Shown one piece after another: positions 26,196-36,235 of a DNA stretch of 64,000 nucleotides. The stretch covers positions 54,408-118,407 of the IMG/VR virus record IMGVR_UViG_3300034283_001962. One strand, written 5' to 3'. The position numbers and the translations under genes are program-made. Numbering within the stretch: the first letter of the stretch is position 1; every line of letters begins with the position of its first letter. Origin of the DNA: a virus. A model generated the notes under the pieces. The model was not told where the DNA came from, ran no database searches, and saw only the letters and a list, made by a program, of their open reading frames with translations.

Positions 26196-26936
26196 ATGTT
26201 GTTATATACTGAAACAGAAGACGGAAATAAAGAGCTGATTACAGAAGCTCAATATACAAGATTAAAGGGAGCCGATTGGTTTCCTTTATCTTATAAAAAG
26301 CCTATTATGATACTTGGTCAAGGAGGAATTGGTTCATGGGCTAGCATATTTTATTCACGAATTGGTTGTATCATTCACAGTTATGATATGGATAACTTTG
26401 AAGATCATAATATGACTGGTCAATTTGTTATGAATAAAGATACAGGAAAAGCTAAAGTTGAAGCTGTAGCTAATTTAGTAAAAGATTTCTCTCCAGATGC
26501 AGAAATCTATGCAAATAATACTGCATATACAACTGATTCTCCAACATCAGATATAGTTATATGTGGGTTTGACAATATGAAAGCTCGTAAATTAGCTTTT
26601 TTAAAATGGGTAGATTATGTAATGAATAAAGCTCCAGATAAATCTAAGTGTTTTTTTCAAGATGGAAGACTACTTGCTGAAACACTGCAGATTTTTAATA
26701 TTTCAGGAAATGATCTTGAGAAGATCAAAATGTATTATAATGAGCATTTGTTTGATGATGCTGAAGTAGAAGAAGCTGACTGTACATTCAAACAAACCTC
26801 TCATTGTGCTGGAATGATAGCTTCTCATATGGTAGGATTTTTCACAAACTGGCTCTCAAAGAGTTATACAGGAGTATTTCGAACTGTACCTTTTTTGTAT
26901 CAATATGTTATACCTTTAAATAGACATGAATCATGA
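26196..26936 (+). CDS. ThiF/E1-like adenylating enzyme
   Basis: ILGQGGIGSW, YDMD, KAKVEA, CGFDNMKAR, DGRL. Confidence 0.88.
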   Translation: MLLYTETEDGNKELITEAQYTRLKGADWFPLSYKKPIMILGQGGIGSWASIFYSRIGCIIHSYDMDNFEDHNMTGQFVMNKDTGKAKVEAVANLVKDFSPDAEIYANNTAYTTDSPTSDIVICGFDNMKARKLAFLKWVDYVMNKAPDKSKCFFQDGRLLAETLQIFNISGNDLEKIKMYYNEHLFDDAEVEEADCTFKQTSHCAGMIASHMVGFFTNWLSKSYTGVFRTVPFLYQYVIPLNRHES

Positions 26937-27571
26937 GAATTAATTTTGAGTTTTTTAATAGAATTACAAATGAACCATATACAAGTAATAATAGTTTAAT
27001 AATAGATCGAGATTCAATAGAATTTACTAATTTAAGATTTATTCCTAGCAAAATAACTGAAATTCCATTAGTATTAATACCCGTTTTAGAAAATGCTATA
27101 CTTAAAGAGAATGACGAAGTTATAAAATTACGATATCTTACTAATATGCAATTTAGAGGAAGAAAGCTTAAATCAGCTCAGCTTGCTGGAATTATTGGTA
27201 ATTTATGTGAATGTTTTAAAGACTGTAATTCCTCTTTGATTTTTGGTAAAGGGTTTATTGCTGTAAATCGTGGTACATACTTAGAGTATTTATTCATGAT
27301 TACAACAACTGTAGAAAAAGGAGTAGTAGAAAAGAATATAAATAAGTGCAAAATTTATATTTCTCCTAAACTAAAATCAGAATTTAGGACTATAAATTCA
27401 ATTATAGAGAAATATTTTCTAAAAGATTTCAATGGAGACATAATTATTACTAATGCTATGAGTAAATATTTTGGTGTTAAAGTTAAATTGCCTAAATTTG
27501 ATACTGTTGCTGAGCAGCAAGACTTTATTAAGCAAATGTTTGCTCAATTTGTAATTCAATTAGCAGCTTAA
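26933..27571 (+). CDS. Hypothetical protein (coupled to E1)
   Basis: ATGA overlap. Confidence 0.65.
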   Translation: MRINFEFFNRITNEPYTSNNSLIIDRDSIEFTNLRFIPSKITEIPLVLIPVLENAILKENDEVIKLRYLTNMQFRGRKLKSAQLAGIIGNLCECFKDCNSSLIFGKGFIAVNRGTYLEYLFMITTTVEKGVVEKNINKCKIYISPKLKSEFRTINSIIEKYFLKDFNGDIIITNAMSKYFGVKVKLPKFDTVAEQQDFIKQMFAQFVIQLAA

Positions 27572-27573
27572 TT

Positions 27574-28233
27574 ATGACAAGAAATAAAGTTACCCGTAAA
27601 AAAAATAATACTTCTTCCAAAACTAAAATAGTTATAAAACCTAAAGGAACCAAAATGAAAAACACAACTGGTTCTTATAAAAATATAGCTTATGATAGTT
27701 TAGAAGAATTAGCATTTTTACAATGGGCATCAGAATTACAGAAAGCTGGGTATATACACTCTATTCAGCGTTCTCCCAGCTTTCTGCTTTCTGATAGTTT
27801 ATCTAAAGACTATGTAATCCAAAAACTTACTAGTAGCAAACCAGCTATCCAAAACCTTCTACAAGGTCACAGTTATACTCCAGAATTTTATATTATCTGG
27901 AATAAAATAGCAAAGGATAAATTTGTATGGACAATGGATGACACTTGTAAGTTTGAAAAGTTATTTGTAGGCGACGAAATGGCTAACGGTACTTATCAAA
28001 CCTATATAGAAATTAAACCTATTTGGGATCAAAACAATATGGAAAGATTATTTAAGCTTAATCAAAAATGGATGTGGCAAAAACACTCTATTTTTGTTAA
28101 TCTTATAAAGTGTCCAGAGTTGTTTTCTGAGAGTTTTACTCCAAATGAATATAGAACTACTAAAACAGGTAGAACTAGAACAATTAAATGGGAAATTAAA
28201 ACATTGAGTCAATTTATAAATATAAAAAAATGA
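27574..28233 (+). CDS. PD-(D/E)xK endonuclease-like protein
   Basis: YDSLEE, SYTPEF, YIEIKP. Confidence 0.6.
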   Translation: MTRNKVTRKKNNTSSKTKIVIKPKGTKMKNTTGSYKNIAYDSLEELAFLQWASELQKAGYIHSIQRSPSFLLSDSLSKDYVIQKLTSSKPAIQNLLQGHSYTPEFYIIWNKIAKDKFVWTMDDTCKFEKLFVGDEMANGTYQTYIEIKPIWDQNNMERLFKLNQKWMWQKHSIFVNLIKCPELFSESFTPNEYRTTKTGRTRTIKWEIKTLSQFINIKK

Positions 28234-29060
28234 AAATGATATTATTTGGCTCTCGTGCTATTAAACATCATTATCCTGATTTTTATAGAGAGTGTAAAGA
28301 TTGGGATTTTTTAGTTGAGAAAGATTTTAGACATTTAAAGTCTAATATAAAAGAAATAGAATACAAATACATTGAACCATTATGGGATTCTATGACAAAA
28401 ATAGAACATGAAACTCATGTGTTATATCCTTATAAAATACTTACTTTAAAGATATCTCATTTGTTTTATGATAACAACTGGGAAAAACACATAAAAGATG
28501 TACAGTTTTTGTATAATAAAGGTGTAAGATATGACATAAAGTTATTAGAAAAGTTGATTATATGGTGGAAAAAAGTCTTACCTAAACAGAGAAGAAGTAA
28601 TTTAACTTTAAACAAAGAAGAATTCTTTAAAAATAAGATTAATTATACTATTGATCATGATTTTATTCATACTTTAATTAATCCAATACCTGCTTATTTG
28701 AGTATTTTAAAAAATGACTCTGAAGTAGAACCTTCTGAAGTTAAATGGATTAGACAACCAAGAATTATAAAAGACAGGATTGTAAGAGAAGAAATATACG
28801 TAATGGCTTGGGAAAGAAATTTTAAACATAATAGAAATTATATTGAAGCTTATCAATGGATGTTAAAGAATTTTATTCAAAGACATGCTCCTGTTTGGGA
28901 GATGCTGTATATAATAGAAAACTATGAAAGGTTAAAAGTACCTGAATTTGATTACATAAAACATATAAATGATGGATTATTTAGAAAAGGAATTAGTTAC
29001 GAAACAAATGACAGAGAGAGAATACAGAAGTTTAAACAAGAAAAGTTACAGCTCGCTTAA
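28230..29060 (+). CDS. Nucleotidyltransferase-like phage protein
   Basis: LFGSRA...KDWDFL (GS + DxD), DHDFIH. Confidence 0.55.
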   Translation: MKMILFGSRAIKHHYPDFYRECKDWDFLVEKDFRHLKSNIKEIEYKYIEPLWDSMTKIEHETHVLYPYKILTLKISHLFYDNNWEKHIKDVQFLYNKGVRYDIKLLEKLIIWWKKVLPKQRRSNLTLNKEEFFKNKINYTIDHDFIHTLINPIPAYLSILKNDSEVEPSEVKWIRQPRIIKDRIVREEIYVMAWERNFKHNRNYIEAYQWMLKNFIQRHAPVWEMLYIIENYERLKVPEFDYIKHINDGLFRKGISYETNDRERIQKFKQEKLQLA

Positions 29061-30075
29061 AACTTTTGCTGATGATCGAAAAAAGTACTATAAAAAGTAT
29101 ATACTTTTAGAAGATACTAGTGATGAAGACTTAAAAAACCGTGCAACTTTAATTGGTTCAATGGTAGATTGTTTACTATTATCTCCAAATGAATTTGATA
29201 ATAAGTTTTATATTAGTACTTGTAATGAAGTTCCTACTGGACTTATGTTACAGTTTGTTGAAGCTTTATATAAAAGAGTAAGAGACTGTGTTGATATAGA
29301 AGGAAAGTTAACTCGACCATTTGCTGATTTATCGTTAGAAGCATATAATGATGTCAAGTTTGATAGAGACGGTAACATTGTTGCATTTAAAAGAGATAGT
29401 TTTGAAAAAGTTGTAGAAAAGTTTACTGAAAACGTTAAAGCATATTTTGATGAAATTTGCCAAGTTCGACCAAATGGATTAATGGTAATTACTACATCAG
29501 ATATTGAAACTGCAGAAAAAGTTAAAACTGAACTTAGATCTAATTCAATAACTTCTCAAGTTATCAATCTTAAATCAAATACTCGTTTTGAAGTTTATGA
29601 GTCTTATCCAATTATTTATTCTTATAAAAGTTTTGAATTTAAATCTTTATTAGATAAATTAGTAATAGATCATGATGAAAAAACTATTCAACCTTATGAT
29701 TTAAAAGTAACTTGGGACGTAGAAAATTTTTATGAAGGATATTTCCTTTACAGAAAAAGCTATATTCAAGTAGGTCTTTATCATTTAGGTACTATGCTTG
29801 TATTTAAAAAGCAAGAGAAATATAAAGAATATAAGATTTTACCAATGAAGTTTATTGTAGCAGATCCTAATAATTATACTTCTCCTTTAATTTACAGTAT
29901 ATCTGAATCAGTACTTATGAATTCATTTAAAGGATTTGAATATAAATGGAGAAACTATAAAGGAATTGATGCACTTATTGACGATCTTAAATGGCACGAA
30001 GAAACTGGTATATGGAACATATCAAAAGAAAATTATGAGAATAAAGGAGTAGTTATAATAAAAGAGGAGGGATAA
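29008..30075 (+). CDS. PD-(D/E)xK exonuclease (RecE/ExoVIII-like)
   Basis: SYSSLK, GSMVD, KSLLDKL...YDLKVT, YIQVGLY. Confidence 0.75.
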   Translation: MTEREYRSLNKKSYSSLKTFADDRKKYYKKYILLEDTSDEDLKNRATLIGSMVDCLLLSPNEFDNKFYISTCNEVPTGLMLQFVEALYKRVRDCVDIEGKLTRPFADLSLEAYNDVKFDRDGNIVAFKRDSFEKVVEKFTENVKAYFDEICQVRPNGLMVITTSDIETAEKVKTELRSNSITSQVINLKSNTRFEVYESYPIIYSYKSFEFKSLLDKLVIDHDEKTIQPYDLKVTWDVENFYEGYFLYRKSYIQVGLYHLGTMLVFKKQEKYKEYKILPMKFIVADPNNYTSPLIYSISESVLMNSFKGFEYKWRNYKGIDALIDDLKWHEETGIWNISKENYENKGVVIIKEEG

Positions 30076-30654
30076 ATGTCAAAATTAATGAATTATTCAA
30101 GAACTTGTGCTACTGTGTTTTTAATTAGACCATTAGGATTATGTTCAAAAACTGAATCTTTAAACCCTAAAGATCCAAATGCAGCAAAAATTATTAAAAA
30201 ATATGGATTTATTGAAGCGTATTTATATGATGAAAATCGTACAAGTACATCTTCAAGAGTAGTATATTGTTTGTTTAAACCTCCTAACTTTCAAGAATTT
30301 GAAGAATTCGTAAAAATGGAAATAGAAGATAAAGTAGATATTGTTGACGAATATGACTATCCAAATGGACATGTTATATTAGTTTATAAATTTCCAGAAA
30401 TTTATAATAACGATTATGATTTAATATTACAAGGTAAATATTCAAAATGCTCTGATGCATTTAAATCATTATTTCCAATTACAAAATCAAAAACTGAATT
30501 AACTATTTATGCACTTGTTTTTTATCATGAATCTAAACTTAAATCTGCTGTTGAAGACGATTTAAATGTCAAATTTGATAAAGATATGGAGTTTTGGTAC
30601 ATTCCTGATGTTACAAAAGAAACTTTAACTTACAATAAAATAAAAAAACTATAA
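30076..30654 (+). CDS. Conserved crAss-like hypothetical protein
   Basis: ORF track (GKYSK motif). Confidence 0.65.
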   Translation: MSKLMNYSRTCATVFLIRPLGLCSKTESLNPKDPNAAKIIKKYGFIEAYLYDENRTSTSSRVVYCLFKPPNFQEFEEFVKMEIEDKVDIVDEYDYPNGHVILVYKFPEIYNNDYDLILQGKYSKCSDAFKSLFPITKSKTELTIYALVFYHESKLKSAVEDDLNVKFDKDMEFWYIPDVTKETLTYNKIKKL

Positions 30655-30657
30655 ATA

Positions 30658-30993
30658 ATGTTGGAAAAACGCAGATTCACACAGTTAAATCCTACAGAAA
30701 TATTGCAACCTCTTCCTAAAAGTTATAACAAACTTTTAGAATGGTTACCTGTAGATGTAAAAACAACAGATGAACGTAATCAAATTGCTCATCAGATGTT
30801 AATGTATACTCCTAGATTCTTATTTGATTTCTTTGATGATCAAAAGTTATATATTAACATTGAATCAGATTTTGAATTCAAAGGATTTATATGGTATATT
30901 AATGATAATGGTATTACTGGAACAGATACACGAATTGATGCAGAAGAAGCAGCATTTAAAGAAGCATTTAAACTATTGGAGGAATTATTATGA
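30658..30993 (+). CDS. Hypothetical protein
   Basis: ORF track. Confidence 0.6.
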   Translation: MLEKRRFTQLNPTEILQPLPKSYNKLLEWLPVDVKTTDERNQIAHQMLMYTPRFLFDFFDDQKLYINIESDFEFKGFIWYINDNGITGTDTRIDAEEAAFKEAFKLLEELL

Positions 30994-31268
30994 ATCAGGT
31001 ATTTAAATTATCGGGCAGTCTAATTACTATTGAAATTGAACCCCATTCAGACAAGAAAAATGTAAGTTTTCGTATGGTTTATGGAGCAAACTTACCTGGA
31101 CAGCGAAAGGAAATTAATACTATGTTTTCTTTAGAGGAATTAAGAACAATTGTTGAAGTAATGCAAAATAGCATTACACATTGCGATATGGCAAAAACAT
31201 CTTCTATTTCACTTTTAGACAATGCAACTTTAACTGCTTTTAGCCAAGGTTTAAATGATAAACTATAG
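30990..31268 (+). CDS. Hypothetical protein
   Basis: ORF track. Confidence 0.55.
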   Translation: MNQVFKLSGSLITIEIEPHSDKKNVSFRMVYGANLPGQRKEINTMFSLEELRTIVEVMQNSITHCDMAKTSSISLLDNATLTAFSQGLNDKL

Positions 31269-31299
31269 CAATTTCCAGAAATATCTAAAACATTAAATT

Positions 31300-31617
31300 A
31301 TGAGTAAAGAAGAAAAACAAGAAAATAAGTTGTTTTTTGATTATAAAGTTACATCTTGGAGAAGGATTTATTTAAGTGATGAATCTAAAAAAGAGGAAAT
31401 CTTAAAAATACTGGAAGAAAACAAAAGTAAAATCTTAGAATCAAATAATCTTGCTGAATACATTCCAGATTTTTACGACAAGCACTTTGTACAAGATGAG
31501 TTACTTTACGAAATAAGTGAAGATATGACTCCTAATATGAATGAAGGAGAAGCCACTATAGAATTTTGTGAAGAAATCAGTAATAGAACAGACATATTAT
31601 GGACAAATAAACTTTAA
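31300..31617 (+). CDS. Hypothetical protein
   Basis: ORF track. Confidence 0.55.
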   Translation: MSKEEKQENKLFFDYKVTSWRRIYLSDESKKEEILKILEENKSKILESNNLAEYIPDFYDKHFVQDELLYEISEDMTPNMNEGEATIEFCEEISNRTDILWTNKL

Positions 31618-31621
31618 CAAT

Positions 31622-32056
31622 ATGATATTTGATTATAAAGAAGAAGAAGAAGAAAAAAAAGGCAGAGCTGATCGGTTTAATGATAGTAAACGTCAATGGA
31701 ACTTGATGCATTTACCTTCATTCGAACCTATGGTTCAAGTTCTGGAGTATGGTGCTAAGAAGTATAGTCCTAATCAATGGAAAAAAGGGTTTCCTATTAC
31801 TGAAATCTATGATTCTCTAATGCGTCACATGATTGCTTTTATGAATGGTGAAGACAATGATCCAGAATCAGGACTTCCTCACATTGGACATATACAGTGC
31901 AATATCATGTTTATGGCTTATGTAAAAGAAAATCATCCTAAGTTTGATGATAGACTTACAGTTATAAATTTTACACCATTAGTAAATATAAATAATAGCA
32001 TTTCACTAAATGGAATAACTTTAGAAAATGTAAATATTTCTAATGGTATAGATTAA
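31622..32056 (+). CDS. dATP/dGTP diphosphohydrolase domain protein (DUF5664-like)
   Basis: VLEYGAKKYSPNQWKKG...SLMRH...DPESGLPHIGHIQCN. Confidence 0.8.
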   Translation: MIFDYKEEEEEKKGRADRFNDSKRQWNLMHLPSFEPMVQVLEYGAKKYSPNQWKKGFPITEIYDSLMRHMIAFMNGEDNDPESGLPHIGHIQCNIMFMAYVKENHPKFDDRLTVINFTPLVNINNSISLNGITLENVNISNGID

Positions 32057-32096
32057 TAATAATCAAAAAGATTACTAATAATAATTTTTTTGATTA

Positions 32097-32131
32097 GAAA
32101 AAAGAGGGTATATTTGCAACCCTCTTTTTTT
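32097..32131 (+). promoter_or_regulatory. Hairpin containing a TATATTTG promoter element (32109-32116) upstream of nrdJ
   Basis: AAAAAAGAGGGT-ATATTTGCA-ACCCTCTTTTTT. Confidence 0.55.
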
Positions 32132-32150
32132 ATAAAATTCAGTTTAACAT

Positions 32151-33893
32151 ATGGCAAGTAAATTTTTTAGAACAGACTTTAGTGAGTCTATATTTAATCT
32201 TAAATATAAACACGAAGGAGCTGAAACCTGGGATGAATTATCCCGTACTCTTATTGAAGATGTATGCAGAAATTATCTTTCACAAGAAGAAAAGGACGAA
32301 TTAATAGAGATGCATACAAATATGGAATTTATTGCCGGTGGTAGATATCTCTACTATGCTGGACGTGACAATAAGTTCTTTAATAATTGCTATTTGTTAA
32401 AGAGTTTAGAAGATAGTCGTCAAGACTGGGCTAATCTATCTTGGAAAGGCGAGTCCTGTTTAATGACAGGTGGTGGTATTGGTAACGATTACAGTATTTA
32501 CAGACCTAAAGGAACTCCTATTGCTCGTACTGGTGGTCTTGCATCTGGACCTATACCTAAAATGATGATGATAAACGAGATAGGTAGAAATGTTATGCAA
32601 GGCGGAAGTAGAAGATCTGCTATTTACGCATCTCTTAACTGGTTACATGCTGACGCAGGTGAATTTCTACACTGTAAAGACTGGTATAATATGCCAGTAT
32701 CAGGTGCTTATGATGAAAATGGTAAAAATCTAACTGTTGGTTTACTTAAGGAGAAAGACTTTAACTATCCTGCTCCTTTGGATATGACAAATATCTCTTT
32801 AAATTATGACAATAAGTTTTTAGAAGAGATTTACGGTTTATCATTTGAAGTTCTACTTTCTATCTATAAAGAAGGAGGAAAACATGCTATTTTCAACTTA
32901 CCAATTGTCAGGATACCTATTACATTCCTAGAGAACTGTCGTCAAGCTCTTAAAACAGGTGAACCTGGGTTCTCCTTCAATTTCTTTGAGAAGGTGCTAG
33001 AAACGCTTAGAAATGCTTGTACAGAGGTTACTTCAGAAGATGATAGTGATGTGTGTAACTTAGCTAGTGTAAACTTAGCTAACATTTCAACAATAGAGAG
33101 AGCTAAGAGGGTATTTTATCTTGTTGGTAAGTTCTTGTTATGTGGCACTATGGTAGCTGATTTACCTTATGACAAGGTTAAAGAAGTTAGAGAACAGAAC
33201 AGGAGACTCGGTATGGGTATTATGGGTGTTCATGAATGGCTTCTGAAAAGAAACTATAAGTATGAAGTTACCTCAGAATTACATGAATGGTTGGCTGCTT
33301 ATCGTGTAGGATCAGAAATTGGTGCTAACGAATTAGCTGATCTTTTACGTATAAATAGACCAAAAGCTTACCGCGCTATTGCTCCAACAGGTACTATAGG
33401 TATTATGGCTGGTACAACAACAGGTATTGAACCTTTATTTGCTGTAGCTTATAAAAGAAGGTATCTGAAAGGAGATAAAGAATGGCATTTTCAGTATGTA
33501 ATAGATGGTACAGCTAAAATACTCATTAACCAATATAAAGTTGATCCTTACAATATTGAAACTGCTTTATCTTTAGCTAAAGACTATGAGCGTAGGATTA
33601 AATTCCAAGCTGATGTTCAAGATTACGTTGATATGTCTATTTCATCTACAATCAATCTACCAGAATGGGGAACTGAATTAAACAACGATACCAGAGTTAA
33701 GGACTTTGCAAAAGTTTTAGCTAAGTACGCTGTTAGACTTAGAGGATTTACTTGCTATCCAGACGGAAGCAGAGGAGGTCAACCTTTAACTCTTGTAGAT
33801 TACCATGAAGCTCAAAAACAAGAAGGTCAGGAATTTAAAGAAGAATTCTTTGATGTTTGTGATTTGACTAAAGGTGGAACTTGTGGAGTATAA
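32151..33893 (+). CDS. nrdJ: Class II (B12-dependent) ribonucleotide reductase
   Basis: FNNCY, GGSRRSA, GEPG, LRNACTE, VCNL, AIAPTGTIG, C-terminal C..GGTCG; no beta subunit nearby. Confidence 0.85.
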   Translation: MASKFFRTDFSESIFNLKYKHEGAETWDELSRTLIEDVCRNYLSQEEKDELIEMHTNMEFIAGGRYLYYAGRDNKFFNNCYLLKSLEDSRQDWANLSWKGESCLMTGGGIGNDYSIYRPKGTPIARTGGLASGPIPKMMMINEIGRNVMQGGSRRSAIYASLNWLHADAGEFLHCKDWYNMPVSGAYDENGKNLTVGLLKEKDFNYPAPLDMTNISLNYDNKFLEEIYGLSFEVLLSIYKEGGKHAIFNLPIVRIPITFLENCRQALKTGEPGFSFNFFEKVLETLRNACTEVTSEDDSDVCNLASVNLANISTIERAKRVFYLVGKFLLCGTMVADLPYDKVKEVREQNRRLGMGIMGVHEWLLKRNYKYEVTSELHEWLAAYRVGSEIGANELADLLRINRPKAYRAIAPTGTIGIMAGTTTGIEPLFAVAYKRRYLKGDKEWHFQYVIDGTAKILINQYKVDPYNIETALSLAKDYERRIKFQADVQDYVDMSISSTINLPEWGTELNNDTRVKDFAKVLAKYAVRLRGFTCYPDGSRGGQPLTLVDYHEAQKQEGQEFKEEFFDVCDLTKGGTCGV

Positions 33894-33916
33894 ATTTTTA
33901 TTGTTTAAAGTTAAAC

Positions 33917-33947
33917 GGGCGAATATTTCTATATTTGCCCTTTTTTT
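33917..33947 (+). terminator. Intrinsic terminator
   Basis: GGGCGAATAT-TTCT-ATATTTGCCC-TTTTTTT. Confidence 0.7.
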
Positions 33948-33973
33948 ATTATCTTTACTAAAATATAATCAAT

Positions 33974-35080
33974 ATGGCAAGAACATCAAAAAGTACTGAG
34001 AATCAAGCAGGTAAGTCAAAGCTTGATGAATCACTAGCTCGATTAAATAAAGAATATGGACAAGGTTCTGTTTTTAGAATTGGAGACAATCCTTCAATAG
34101 AAGTAACTGATTTTATTAGTACAGGCAGTTTAAATCTAGACAGAGCTGTAGGAGTAAATGGATTACCAACTGGTAGAATTGTTGAAATTTATGGTCCTGA
34201 ATCTTCAGGTAAAACAACTATCTGTTTACATGTTATAAAAGAAGCACAGAAAAAGAGTAAAAAAGCTGCATTTGTAGATATGGAAAATGCACTTGATTTA
34301 AAGTATGCTTCAGATATTGGGGTAGATGTTAAGAATCTTATCTTTGCACAACCTAATTATGGTGAAGAAGCTTTAAATATAGTAAAAGAATTATGTTTAT
34401 CAGGTGAAGTTGGAGTAATTATAATAGATTCTGTTGCAGCTCTTGTTCCTAAAACAGAAGCAGATGGCGAAGTAGGTGATAGTAATGTAGGAAAACAAGC
34501 TAGAATGATTTCTCAAGCTATGCGTATTCTTACTCCTATTGTACATAAAAGTGGAACATTAGTTATTTTTACTAACCAAATTAGAATGAAAATTGGTGTA
34601 ATGTTTGGGTCACCAGAAACTACTGCAGGTGGTGAAGCACTTAAGTTTTTTGCATCTGTACGTCTTGATGTACGTAAATCTGTACAACGAGAAGACGGTG
34701 TAGCAACTTCTAATAAAATAAAAGTAAAAGTTGTAAAAAATAAAGTAAGTATACCATTTAGAGAAGCAGAATTTTTTATTATTTATGGAAAAGGTATTGA
34801 TAAATTGCAAGAAATTATAGATATTGCAGTTGAATCTAATATTATTCAAAAATCAGGTAGTTGGTATGCTTATGGAAACGATAAGTTAGGACAAGGTGAA
34901 GATAGTATAAAACAACTAATGATTGATAATGAAGACTTTTATAATGAAATTGAAAAAAAAGTACAGGAGGTATTAAATGGGAAGAAAGAAGAAAATAGAC
35001 TTGCAAGCGTTGGAGAAAGTGGAGATACAGAAACCATTGGAATCAAACTCACTGACGATGAAGACAGCATTATATCTTGA
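33974..35080 (+). CDS. recA: RecA recombinase
   Basis: GRIVEIYGPESSGKTT, DSVAALVP, NQIRMKIGVMFGSPETT. Confidence 0.95.
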   Translation: MARTSKSTENQAGKSKLDESLARLNKEYGQGSVFRIGDNPSIEVTDFISTGSLNLDRAVGVNGLPTGRIVEIYGPESSGKTTICLHVIKEAQKKSKKAAFVDMENALDLKYASDIGVDVKNLIFAQPNYGEEALNIVKELCLSGEVGVIIIDSVAALVPKTEADGEVGDSNVGKQARMISQAMRILTPIVHKSGTLVIFTNQIRMKIGVMFGSPETTAGGEALKFFASVRLDVRKSVQREDGVATSNKIKVKVVKNKVSIPFREAEFFIIYGKGIDKLQEIIDIAVESNIIQKSGSWYAYGNDKLGQGEDSIKQLMIDNEDFYNEIEKKVQEVLNGKKEENRLASVGESGDTETIGIKLTDDEDSIIS

Positions 35081-35522
35081 TGATATAAGAACACCTATTG
35101 AAACTCCTGAAGGATATGAATGGGTAATAGTAAGATCATATGACGAATTTGTAAATTATTTAACAGAATTTTACAGGAGTAAAAGAAAACTTCCAGAAAT
35201 GATCTTTTTTGATCATGATTTAAGCGAAGAACATATGAACTTTTATTATAATAATCCTAAGTTTAGTCTTATTCGTTATGAAGAATTTAAAGAAAAAACA
35301 GGATTACATTGTGCTAAATGGTTAACTTTGTTATGTGAAAAAAATAAAATTGATTTGCGAGAATCAAAATTATATGTACATTCACATAATCCTATTGGAG
35401 CTAATAATATACAACATTGGTTAAACTATTATCTAAAATTACAATACGGTGGTGAGTTTTCATCATGTGTAATTCATAAAGTAAAATTTAAAATAGACAA
35501 TACAAATGACAGTAAAATTTAA
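35058..35522 (+). CDS. Cyclic-phosphate-processing receiver domain protein
   Basis: LYLDDIR, FDHDL, KTGLHCAKW, VHSHNPIGA. Confidence 0.75.
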   Translation: MKTALYLDDIRTPIETPEGYEWVIVRSYDEFVNYLTEFYRSKRKLPEMIFFDHDLSEEHMNFYYNNPKFSLIRYEEFKEKTGLHCAKWLTLLCEKNKIDLRESKLYVHSHNPIGANNIQHWLNYYLKLQYGGEFSSCVIHKVKFKIDNTNDSKI

Positions 35523-35940
35523 AAAATTAGTTCCAACAGCAATTATTCCTAGTTATCAAACAAAAAGATCAGCAGGATTAGATTTGTGTACAATAGAAAA
35601 ATTTACTATTTTAGCAAATGGAGGAACTTATACAGTAAATACTGGTTTGTCAGTAGAAATGCCTGATGTTTATGAAATGCAAATAAGACCAAGAAGTGGT
35701 CTTGCAGCTAAAAATCAGATAACTGTACTTAATACTCCAGGTACTATTGATAGTGACTATAGAGGAGAAATCAAAATTCTATTAAAAAACTTTGGTCCTT
35801 ATACTGTAACTTTTAATGCTGGAGATAGAATTGCTCAAGGAGTAATAGCTAGAGTTGAGAAACCAATTATATTAGAAGTAGAAGATCTTTCAGAAACTGA
35901 AAGAGGAGAAGGTGGATTTGGCAGCACAGGAATCAAGTAA
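35506..35940 (+). CDS. dut: dUTPase
   Basis: SAGLDL, RPRSGLA, GTIDSDYRGE, RIAQ, RGEGGFGSTG. Confidence 0.95.
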   Translation: MTVKFKKLVPTAIIPSYQTKRSAGLDLCTIEKFTILANGGTYTVNTGLSVEMPDVYEMQIRPRSGLAAKNQITVLNTPGTIDSDYRGEIKILLKNFGPYTVTFNAGDRIAQGVIARVEKPIILEVEDLSETERGEGGFGSTGIK

Positions 35941-36028
35941 TCAATTTAACGTATGAAGAGTCATAAAAAGAATCCAAAAAAAAGTCCAGAATTTCTGGAA
36001 CTAAATACAAACCAATAAAACGTAGAAA

Positions 36029-36196
36029 ATGGCAACAAAGATCAAACAACCTAAGAGGTACTACAAGACAACTTCAGGAACTTACCGTGCACGACTTACT
36101 CGTAATGGTAATTTGACTAGCAAAAACTTCATGACTGCTACAGCAGCTAAAAACTGGCTAAAAGAGCAGCTTGAAGAAAGTGTTGGAAGAAGATAA
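36029..36196 (+). CDS. 55-aa AP2-like DNA-binding protein (not in ORF track)
   Basis: ...YKTTSGTYRARLTRNG...SKNF.TATAAKNW; followed by a GGGGGT/ACCCCC hairpin. Confidence 0.55.
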   Translation: MATKIKQPKRYYKTTSGTYRARLTRNGNLTSKNFMTATAAKNWLKEQLEESVGRR

Positions 36197-36235
36197 CTAA
36201 CAAGGGGGGTGTAACAACCCCCTAATTTTTAACGT

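Noticed and set aside
29008-30075. Cas4 serving the mini-array
   Set aside because: It lacks the Fe-S cysteine cluster, lies about 18 kb away among replication genes, and looks like an ordinary phage exonuclease.
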